Shown here piece after piece: positions 10,587 to 18,159 of a stretch of 24,000 bases of DNA. The translations under genes and the position numbers were made by a program. Position 1 is the first letter of the stretch. Every line of letters starts with the position of its first letter. The notes beneath the pieces were generated by a model. It was not told the DNA's origin and made no database searches. It was given only the letters and a program-made list of their open reading frames with translations. The DNA is from Pseudomonas paraeruginosa (lineage in GTDB: Bacteria > Pseudomonadota > Gammaproteobacteria > Pseudomonadales > Pseudomonadaceae), in assembly GCF_002601815.1 (NCBI RefSeq), contig NZ_NIQD01000006.1. One strand, given 5' to 3'.

Positions 10587-12476
10587 GTGCGCCACCCCCT
10601 TGCCCTGATCGCGGTCCTCTTCCTGTTGCTGGCGGGCGCCACGTCCGGCGCCGCGTCCGGACCGCCCGGCGGCGCCTGGCTGAACGGCTCGCTGGCACTG
10701 CTCGAGGACCCCGACGGCAGCCTGCAGGTGGACGACCTCGAACAGCCGGAGCGGGCCGAGCGCTTCGTCGCCGCCCAGGGGCGAACCAGCGTGGGCCTCA
10801 GCCGCAGCGTGTGGTGGCTGCGCCTGGACCTGCCGCCGCGCGAGGCGGTGCCCGGAGGCTGGTGGCTGGAAGTCGCCAGCGCCAGCCTGCTGGACCTGCG
10901 CCTGTACCTGCCCGACGGCCAGGGCGGCTACCGCGAGCGGCGCAGCGGCGACGCCGTGCCCTTCGCCGAGGGCCGCGACCATGCCTATCGCCACCCCCTG
11001 TTTCGCCTGCCCGCCGACGATGGCCCGCTGCGCGTCTACCTGCGCAGCCACGACCCCGGTGGCAATGCCTTTCCGTTGCGGCTCTGGAGCCACGACGAGC
11101 TGCTGGAATACCGCAGCCAGGGCAACCTGCTGTTCGGCATGGCCTACGGGCTGATCCTCGCCCTGCTGCTGTACAACCTGTTCCTTTTCAGCAGCCTGCG
11201 CGACCGCGCCTGTTTCTGGTACGTGCTGACCGGGGCCAGCGCGCTACTGCTGACCCTGAGCATCAGCGGCCACGGCTTCGAATACTTCTGGCCCGAACAT
11301 GCGCTGCCCTGGTGGCTGAACCGTCTGACGCTGCTGGCGTTCTGGGGCATCTGCGTGATCCGCTTCAGCCAGAACCTGCTGCAGAGCCGCCAGCACGCCC
11401 GCCGGGCCCATCATCTGCTGAACGCCTGCTGCATGCTGTTCCTCGTCTGCCTGGCGCTCAACGCCGGCGGCTGGCGCTGGCAGGCCGGCGGGATGCTGGC
11501 GGCGACCCTGCTGGCGAACCTGCCGATCGCCATCGGCCTGGCCCTGCAACGCTGGCGCCAGGGCTCGGCCACCGCACGCCTGTACCTGCTCGGCTTCGGC
11601 CTGGTGCTGGCCAGCGTCAGCCTGGAGCTGATGCGCGCCACCGCGCTGGTCCAGCCCACCTCGGCCAACGCCACGGTGTTCCCGCTGGCGCTGACCCTGG
11701 AGGCCCTGCTGTTCTCCCTCGCGCTCGCCTCGCGGATCCAGAACCTGAAGCAGGAAAGGGCCCAGGCCCTGGAGCAGGCCGACCAGGAGAAGAACGCCCG
11801 CCTGGCCCTGCTGCACAGCGCCCAGCGCGACCTGGCGCGCGCCGTGGAGGTGCGCACCAACGAGCTGAGCGAAGCCAACCGCCTGCTGCAGATGCGTGAA
11901 GCGCAACTGCAGTACGCCGCCCTGCACGACCCGCTGACCGGCCTCGGCAACCGCCGCCAACTGCTGGAGTTCGCCGAGCGCGCACTGGAAGACGCCCGTC
12001 GCCACGGCGACAGCATGGCGCTGCTGCTGATCGACCTGGACCACTTCAAGCCGATCAACGATACCCACGGCCATGACGCCGGTGATTTCGTCCTGCAAAG
12101 CGTGGCCCAGCGCCTGCGCCAGTGCGTGCGCGCCGATGACTGCGTGGCGCGCCTGGGCGGCGACGAATTCGCCGTGTTCATCGGCGGCTCGAACGCCGAA
12201 CAGCACGCCCGCGAGATCGCCGAGCGGCTGTTGCGCGAGCTGGCGAAACCGGTGGAGTTCGCCAAGCAGTGGCTGGTGATCACACCGAGCATCGGCGTCG
12301 CCCTGTTTCCCGGCGACGCCCTGCAGTTCGGCAAACTCTACAAGGCCGCCGACCAGGCGCTGTACCGGGTCAAGGGCGCCGGCCGGGCCGGCTACGCGAT
12401 GGCCGCCGACGCGCAGCGCGAGACGGCGCCGGCACTGCCCTGGCCGTCCGCCCTGGCGCCGGACCGGAGCTCCTGA
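10587..12476 (+). CDS. nicD: Membrane diguanylate cyclase: periplasmic 7TMR-DISMED2, 7TMR-DISM 7-TM region, coiled coil and GGDEF domain
   Basis: The start is GTG at 10587 with GGGAGAG upstream. A signal peptide is present, followed by seven hydrophobic helices at about residues 175-375. The active site reads 'RLGGDEFAV', and an RxxD I-site ('RADD') lies five residues upstream of it. The architecture and the locus next to alr match P. aeruginosa NicD as I recall it. Confidence 0.85.
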   Translation: MRHPLALIAVLFLLLAGATSGAASGPPGGAWLNGSLALLEDPDGSLQVDDLEQPERAERFVAAQGRTSVGLSRSVWWLRLDLPPREAVPGGWWLEVASASLLDLRLYLPDGQGGYRERRSGDAVPFAEGRDHAYRHPLFRLPADDGPLRVYLRSHDPGGNAFPLRLWSHDELLEYRSQGNLLFGMAYGLILALLLYNLFLFSSLRDRACFWYVLTGASALLLTLSISGHGFEYFWPEHALPWWLNRLTLLAFWGICVIRFSQNLLQSRQHARRAHHLLNACCMLFLVCLALNAGGWRWQAGGMLAATLLANLPIAIGLALQRWRQGSATARLYLLGFGLVLASVSLELMRATALVQPTSANATVFPLALTLEALLFSLALASRIQNLKQERAQALEQADQEKNARLALLHSAQRDLARAVEVRTNELSEANRLLQMREAQLQYAALHDPLTGLGNRRQLLEFAERALEDARRHGDSMALLLIDLDHFKPINDTHGHDAGDFVLQSVAQRLRQCVRADDCVARLGGDEFAVFIGGSNAEQHAREIAERLLRELAKPVEFAKQWLVITPSIGVALFPGDALQFGKLYKAADQALYRVKGAGRAGYAMAADAQRETAPALPWPSALAPDRSS

Positions 12477-13553
12477 TCAATGGGCGTAGCGCCGTGGCAC
12501 CCGCGCGGTGACCTTGCTCAGCAGCTCATAGCCGATGCTGTCGCAGGCACGCGCCACCTCGTCCACCGCCAGTTGCGCGCCCCATAGCTCCACCGGATCG
12601 CCGACGCGGGCGTCCGGCAGGCCGCCGAGATCGACCGTCAGCATGTCCATCGATACCCGGCCGGCCAACCGCGTGCGTCGCCCGCCGACCAGCACCGGGG
12701 TGCCGGCTGGCGCGTTGCGCGGGTAGCCGTCGGCGTAGCCGCAGCTGACCGTGCCGATCCGAGTCGGGCGTTCGGCGACCCAGCCGGCGCCGTAGCCGAC
12801 GCTCTCGCCCGCCGCCACCTCGCGCACCGAGATCAGACGCGCGGTCAGGCTCATCGCCGGCTTCAAGCCCAGCTCGGCGGCGCTCAGGTCGGCGAAGGGG
12901 GTCGCGCCGTAGAGCATGATCCCCGGCCGCAGCCAGTCCATGTGCGCGGCCGGGATGGTCAGCACCGCCGCCGAATTGGCCAGGCTGCGCTGGTCGAAAT
13001 CCAGGTCGAGCAGGCCGAGGAAGCACTCCACCTGCTGCTCGGTGAGCGGATGGTTGCGCTCGTCGGCGCAGGCGAAGTGGCTGATCAGGTTCAGCTCGCG
13101 AACGCCGGGATGGTTGCGCAGGCGCGCATGCCACGCGCGCAGCGCGGCGGGATCGAAGCCCAGGCGGTGCATGCCGGAGTCGAGCTTGAGCCAGACGTTG
13201 AGCGGTGTATCCAGTCCGGCGGCGAGGAACGCTTCGCCCTGCTCGAGCCCCTGGATCACCAGGTCCAGCCGCAACTGGCCGGCGAGGGCGTATTCGCTCG
13301 CCTCGAAACAGCCTTCCAGCAGCAGGATCCGCGCGTCGGCGTGCAGGGCGCGGACCTCGGCAGCCTCCTCCAGGCAGGCCACGGCGAAACCGTCGGCCTC
13401 GTCGTGCAGCGCCGTCACCACTTCACGCGCACCGTGGCCATAGGCGTTCGCCTTGACCACCGCGAACGCCTGGCGCTGCGGCGCGCAGCGCTTGGCCAGG
13501 ATGTAGTTGTGGCGGATCGCGGAAAGATCGACGGTGGCAACGAGTGGACGCAT
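12477..13553 (-). CDS. alr: Alanine racemase (biosynthetic)
   Basis: The product is 358 aa. The PLP-lysine motif 'AVVKANAYGHG' is present. The gene sits immediately downstream of dnaB, as in E. coli and P. aeruginosa. Confidence 0.95.
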   Translation of the reverse strand: MRPLVATVDLSAIRHNYILAKRCAPQRQAFAVVKANAYGHGAREVVTALHDEADGFAVACLEEAAEVRALHADARILLLEGCFEASEYALAGQLRLDLVIQGLEQGEAFLAAGLDTPLNVWLKLDSGMHRLGFDPAALRAWHARLRNHPGVRELNLISHFACADERNHPLTEQQVECFLGLLDLDFDQRSLANSAAVLTIPAAHMDWLRPGIMLYGATPFADLSAAELGLKPAMSLTARLISVREVAAGESVGYGAGWVAERPTRIGTVSCGYADGYPRNAPAGTPVLVGGRRTRLAGRVSMDMLTVDLGGLPDARVGDPVELWGAQLAVDEVARACDSIGYELLSKVTARVPRRYAH

Positions 13554-13621
13554 GGTCTCGGGTCCTGCAAATGAAACGGGCGCCTATGGTAAGGCGCCCG
13601 CCGGGCAAGACCCAAGCCGGG

Positions 13622-15016
13622 TCATTCGTCTTCGAAGTTGTACATGCCGGCGGCGAGGTTCTCGAAGCGCGTGTACTTGCCGATGAAGGCCAGCCGCACG
13701 GTGCCGATCGGGCCGTTACGCTGCTTGCCGATGATGATTTCGGCGACGCCCTTGAACTCGGTCTCCGGGTGATACACCTCGTCGCGGTAGACGAACATGA
13801 TCACGTCGGCGTCCTGCTCGATCGCACCGGATTCGCGCAGGTCGGAGTTCACCGGGCGTTTGTTGGGCCGCTGCTCCAGGGAGCGGTTGAGCTGCGACAG
13901 GGCGATCACCGGGCAATTGAATTCCTTCGCCAGGGCCTTCAGCGAGCGGGAAATCTCGGAAATCTCGTTGGTCCGATTGTCGCCGCTGGAGCCGGGGATC
14001 TGCATCAGTTGCAGGTAGTCGATCATGATCAGCGCCAGGTCGCCGTGCTCGCGCACCAGGCGACGGGTCCGCGCACGCATTTCCGAGGGGCTGATGCCGG
14101 CGGTATCGTCGATGAACAGCTTCTTGTCGTTGAGCAGGTTGATCGCCGAGGTCAGGCGCGGCCAGTCCTCGTCGTCGAGCTTGCCGGAACGCACCTTGGT
14201 CTGGTCGATACGACCGAGCGACGAGAGCATACGCATCACGATGGAGTCGGAGGGCATCTCCAGGGAGTACACCAGCACGGCCTTGTCGGTGCGCATGACC
14301 GCATTCTCGACCAGGTTCATGGCGAAGGTGGTCTTGCCCATCGACGGACGCCCAGCGACGATGATCAGGTCGGCCGGCTGCAGGCCGCTGGTCTTCTCGT
14401 CGAGGTCGGTGAAACCGGTGGATACCCCGGTCAGCGCCTCGGTGGTGTTGAACAGGTAGTCGATGCGGTCGATGGTCTTGACCAGGATGTCGCTGATCCC
14501 CACCGGCCCGCCGGTCTTCGGTCGCGCCTCGGCGATCTCGAAGATCTTCCGCTCGGCCTCGTCGAGGATCTCGTTGGCGCCGCGCCCTTCCGGGTGGAAG
14601 GCGCTGTCGGCGATCTCGTTGCTGATGCCGATCAGTTGGCGCAGGGTGGCGCGCTCGCGGATGATCTGCGCGTAGGCCTTGATGTTGGCGACCGACGGAA
14701 TGTTCTTCGCCAGTTCGCCGAGATAGGCCAGGCCGCCGACCTGCGCCAGCTGTCCTTCCTTCTCCAACTGCTCGGAGAGGGTCACCACGTCGATCGGCTG
14801 GTTGCCTTCGGCGAGCTTGTAGATGGCGCGGAAGATCAGGCGATGGTCATGGCGGTAGAAATCGCCGTCGGACACCGAGTCCGACACCCGCTCCCAGGCG
14901 TTGTTGTCCAGCATCAGGCCACCCAGCACGGCCTGCTCGGCCTCGATCGAGTGCGGCGGCACCTTCAGGGCTGTGGTTTCCAGGTCGTATTGCTCGGGGC
15001 TGGTGATCTCGTTCAT
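13622..15016 (-). CDS. dnaB: Replicative DNA helicase DnaB
   Basis: The 464-aa product starts at the ATG at 15016 (MNEITSPEQ...). Walker A is 'AGRPSMGKTTFA' and Walker B is 'LIMIDYLQLM'. The DnaB N-terminal domain reads 'PPHSIEAEQAVLGGLM'. Confidence 0.97.
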   Translation of the reverse strand: MNEITSPEQYDLETTALKVPPHSIEAEQAVLGGLMLDNNAWERVSDSVSDGDFYRHDHRLIFRAIYKLAEGNQPIDVVTLSEQLEKEGQLAQVGGLAYLGELAKNIPSVANIKAYAQIIRERATLRQLIGISNEIADSAFHPEGRGANEILDEAERKIFEIAEARPKTGGPVGISDILVKTIDRIDYLFNTTEALTGVSTGFTDLDEKTSGLQPADLIIVAGRPSMGKTTFAMNLVENAVMRTDKAVLVYSLEMPSDSIVMRMLSSLGRIDQTKVRSGKLDDEDWPRLTSAINLLNDKKLFIDDTAGISPSEMRARTRRLVREHGDLALIMIDYLQLMQIPGSSGDNRTNEISEISRSLKALAKEFNCPVIALSQLNRSLEQRPNKRPVNSDLRESGAIEQDADVIMFVYRDEVYHPETEFKGVAEIIIGKQRNGPIGTVRLAFIGKYTRFENLAAGMYNFEDE

Positions 15017-15039
15017 AGACTCGACGCAAGAAAAAGGAA

Positions 15040-15085
15040 CAGCGGAAAAAACAACGGGCACGGTGCCGTTGCCGGTACCGTGCCC
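15040..15085 (-). terminator. Strong rho-independent terminator/attenuator between rplI and dnaB
   Basis: A 13-bp stem, GGGCACGGTGCCG-ttgc-CGGTACCGTGCCC (including one G-U pair), lies at 15056-15085. On the minus strand it is followed by GTTGTTTTTTCCGCTGTTCCTTTTTC. Confidence 0.8.
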
Positions 15086-15144
15086 GATGTTAGCGGACTG
15101 CCGCGGACACGCATATGCCCGCCCAGCCCTACCGATCGGATCGC

Positions 15145-15591
15145 TTACTCAGCGACGATGATCAGCTTCAGAGTGGTTTCCACGTCGGTGTGCAGGTGCA
15201 CGGCGACGTCGAACTCACCGGTGTTGCGCAGCGCGCCGTTGGGCAGGCGAACTTCGGCTTTTTCCAGCGGGTAACCGGCAGCGGAAACGGCTTCGGCGAT
15301 GTCGCGGGTGCCGATCGAACCGAACAGCTTGCCTTCGTCGCCAGCGTGGGCGCCGAGGGTTACCACCAGCTCGGAGAGCTGGGCAGCACGGGCTTCGGCA
15401 GCGGCCTTCTTCTCGGCGGCAGCCTTTTCCAGCTCGGCGCGGCGGGCTTCGAACGCAGCGACGTTCTCGGCGGTGGCGACGGTGGCCTTGCCCTGCGGCA
15501 GCAGGAAGTTACGGGCGTAGCCGCCCTTGATGTTCACCTTGTCGCCCAGGTTGCCCAGGTTGGCGACTTTTTCCAGCAGGATGACTTCCAT
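15145..15591 (-). CDS. rplI: 50S ribosomal protein L9
   Basis: The product is 148 aa: '[36 protein letters not shown]'. AAGAGG lies upstream. Confidence 0.98.
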
Positions 15592-15612
15592 TTGAGTCTT
15601 ACCTCTTAACTT

Positions 15613-16482
15613 TTAACCTTCACCGTTCGTGGAGCCCTGGCGCCGGGCCAGGCGTCCACGAAAATCAAACAGACTGTCGACAACCGCCAAAAGACAGATC
15701 AGGTTCCCCAGCAGCAATACAGCCAGGTACAGGCCCACCAGCCAGCCACCCGCCAGGCGCTTCAGGGCGATCAGGCCATGCCCGAGCGCCACGCCGGCGA
15801 TGATCAGCGGCACGCTGCACAACGGACCGAGCGCCGCGGCCTGCACTTCCAGCGCCGGGACCACGACGGCCCCCAGCAGCAGGATCACGGCAACCGCCGG
15901 CGCCAGCCGCAGACTCCGGAATTCGCGGCCGAAGCCACCCGGGTTGTACAGCGAGGCCTGCCAGTACCGCGCCAGCATCAGGCAGAGCAGGCAGGTCACC
16001 TGCAGCGAGGACGCCATGACCCCGGTCAGGGTCGGCACCAGCGCCACCTGCAACTTTTCCAGCTCTTCGCCCGACAGCTGGGACTCCCCGCGAAGCTGGG
16101 TCAGGACCTTGGAGACTTCCGTCGCCAGGACGCCGATCAGCTCGCTGGAGGTATGCCCCAGCACCAGCGCGAATACCACGCCAACTGCAACACTGCCCAG
16201 CAGCACATGGCTCCAGGACATGCTGGCGCGCAGGATCTGCGCCAGCGTCAGGGTTCCGAGCAGGACCAGAAGGATGCTCGGATCGCCCAGGTACCACCAG
16301 AACATCGCCGGTAGCACCGCCCAGGCCAGGACGCCGAAGGCGTCGCCGAATCCGCGCCGCAGCAGCACCAGGCTACCGGCGGCGGCACTCAGCCAGAACA
16401 ACAGTGGAACAACCGCGGAGCCTGCCACGGCGAGCGTGGCCTGCATGCGGCCGCGCATGGTGAATTCAGCCAGTGCGCGCAT
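15613..16482 (-). CDS. Polytopic inner-membrane protein of unknown function (possibly DUF2232/YybS-like)
   Basis: The product is 289 aa with about 7-8 hydrophobic helices and a charged central loop ('QLRGESQLSGEELEKLQ'). An AAGGGA RBS is present. The gene lies 36 nt after rpsR and 21 nt before rplI, so it is very likely co-transcribed with them. Confidence 0.75.
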   Translation of the reverse strand: MRALAEFTMRGRMQATLAVAGSAVVPLLFWLSAAAGSLVLLRRGFGDAFGVLAWAVLPAMFWWYLGDPSILLVLLGTLTLAQILRASMSWSHVLLGSVAVGVVFALVLGHTSSELIGVLATEVSKVLTQLRGESQLSGEELEKLQVALVPTLTGVMASSLQVTCLLCLMLARYWQASLYNPGGFGREFRSLRLAPAVAVILLLGAVVVPALEVQAAALGPLCSVPLIIAGVALGHGLIALKRLAGGWLVGLYLAVLLLGNLICLLAVVDSLFDFRGRLARRQGSTNGEG

Positions 16483-16518
16483 GCGATCTATCCCTTACCA
16501 GCGTCCGACTGCCCGATC

Positions 16519-16749
16519 TCAACGGCCGTGGCTGTCGGTGTAAGGAAGCAGGGCCAGGTAGCGGGCGCGCTTGATAGCGGTCGCCAGCTGACGCTGGTAC
16601 TTGGCCTTGGTGCCGGTGATACGGCTCGGAACGATCTTGCCGGTTTCGGAAACGTAGGCCTTCAGGGTGTTGAGATCCTTGTAATCGATCTCTTTCACGC
16701 CTTCGGCGGTGAAGCGGCAGAACTTACGACGACGGAAGAAACGTGCCAT
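16519..16749 (-). CDS. rpsR: 30S ribosomal protein S18
   Basis: The product is 76 aa: '[25 protein letters not shown]...'. Confidence 0.98.
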   Translation of the reverse strand: MARFFRRRKFCRFTAEGVKEIDYKDLNTLKAYVSETGKIVPSRITGTKAKYQRQLATAIKRARYLALLPYTDSHGR

Positions 16750-16778
16750 GTGATTGGCTCCTCAATACTGGTCCGGAA

Positions 16779-17198
16779 TTACTCGTCAGCGTTATCGCTA
16801 TCGCTGTTGTCGTCGCCATCGGCGCCTTCAGCGTTATCGTTCGGACGCTCACGACGCTCGCGACGCTCGTTGCGGCTTTCTTCAGCCTTGAGCATCTCGG
16901 ACTGCTCGGTGACAGCTTCGTCGCGACGCATGACCAGGTTACGGATCACGGCGTCGTTGTAACGGAAGTTGTCTTCCAGCTCAGCCAGGGCCTTGGCGCT
17001 GCACTCGACGTTCATCAGAACGTAGTGGGCCTTGTGCACGTTGTTGATGGCGTAGGCCAGCTGACGGCGGCCCCAGTCTTCCAGGCGGTGGATCTTGCCG
17101 CCGTCTTCTTCGATGGCCTTGGTGTAACGCTCGACCATGCCACCGACTTGTTCGCTCTGGTCCGGGTGAACCAGGAACACGATTTCGTAATGACGCAT
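16779..17198 (-). CDS. rpsF: 30S ribosomal protein S6
   Basis: The product is 139 aa, beginning '[18 protein letters not shown]', with an acidic C-terminal tail. Confidence 0.98.
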
Positions 17199-17219
17199 AA
17201 ATGCTCCTTACGGGTTGCA

Positions 17220-17241
17220 GCCTGCCGCGGAACGGTCAGGC
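17220..17241 (-). promoter_or_regulatory. Hairpin in the rpsF 5' leader (candidate S6:S18 autoregulatory leader element)
   Basis: The minus strand reads GCCTG-accgttccgcgg-CAGGC. It lies about 20 nt upstream of the rpsF SD (AAGGAG). An rpsF leader bound by the S6:S18 complex has been described in many bacteria. Confidence 0.4.
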
Positions 17242-17313
17242 AAGGAGTGAATGTTTTCTTGGCTTGCCTGGCGGAGAGGCGAACGAACGCCTGCCCACGC
17301 GGCAAGGGGCGAC

Positions 17314-17342
17314 ATTCTAGAGAAGGGCAACCGGCGAAGCAA
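17314..17342 (-). promoter_or_regulatory. Sigma-70 promoter of the rpsF operon
   Basis: The minus strand reads TTGCTT, then a 17-nt spacer, then TAGAAT. AT-rich sequence lies upstream. The predicted leader is about 108 nt. Confidence 0.6.
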
Positions 17343-17412
17343 GGAAGATTGGCGAATATTTGTACAGCACCGGGAATGCAGCGGGACCGTCGCGCGACGG
17401 CCCCGTCCTCGC

Positions 17413-18159
17413 TCAATCCAGCGGGGTGCGCTGGCGGAGGATCTCGAACAGGCAGACGCCGGTGGCGACCGAGACATTCAGGCTGCTGACGCTGCCGGCC
17501 ATCGGCAACCTGGCGAGGAAGTCGCAATGCTCGCGGGTCAGGCGGCGCATGCCCTTGCCTTCCGCGCCCATCACCAGCACGGTCGGCCCCTTGAGGTCGA
17601 GCTGGTAGAGGGTCTTGTCCGCCTCGCCGGCGGTGCCGACCACCCACAGGCCGCGCTGCTGGAGCTTTTCCAGGGTGCGCGCAAGGTTGGTGACCGCCAC
17701 CAGCGGGATCACCTCGGCGGCGCCGCAAGCGACCTTGCGCACGGTGGCGTTGAGGGTCGCCGACTTATCCTTCGGCACGATCACCGCCAGCACTCCCGCC
17801 GCATCGGCGGTGCGCAGGCAGGCGCCGAGGTTGTGCGGGTCGGTGACGCCGTCCAGGGCCAGCAACAGCGGCGCGCCTTCGGCCCGCTCGAGCAGTTCCT
17901 CGAGCATGTTCTCGCCCCAGACCTGGCTCGGACTGACCTCCGCGACCACCCCCTGGTGGACGCCTTCCGCCCACTCGTCGAGTTCACGCCGGTCGCGCTG
18001 CCCTACCGGGATACGGAACCCGGCGGCCAACTCGGTGAGCACCTGGACCCGCGGATCGTGGCGGCCCTCGGCCAGCCACAACTGCTTGACCCGCTTCGGG
18101 TGGTGACGCAACAACGCTTCCACGGCGTGCACACCGTAGACCTTTTCCCACTGACTCAT
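17413..18159 (-). CDS. rlmB: 23S rRNA (guanosine-2'-O)-methyltransferase RlmB (SpoU/TrmH family)
   Basis: The product is 248 aa. SpoU motifs 'LALDGVTDPHNLGA' and 'NVSVATGVCLFE' are present. Its ATG overlaps the rnr stop (ATGA), and the rnr-rlmB order matches E. coli. Confidence 0.92.
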   Translation of the reverse strand: MSQWEKVYGVHAVEALLRHHPKRVKQLWLAEGRHDPRVQVLTELAAGFRIPVGQRDRRELDEWAEGVHQGVVAEVSPSQVWGENMLEELLERAEGAPLLLALDGVTDPHNLGACLRTADAAGVLAVIVPKDKSATLNATVRKVACGAAEVIPLVAVTNLARTLEKLQQRGLWVVGTAGEADKTLYQLDLKGPTVLVMGAEGKGMRRLTREHCDFLARLPMAGSVSSLNVSVATGVCLFEILRQRTPLD

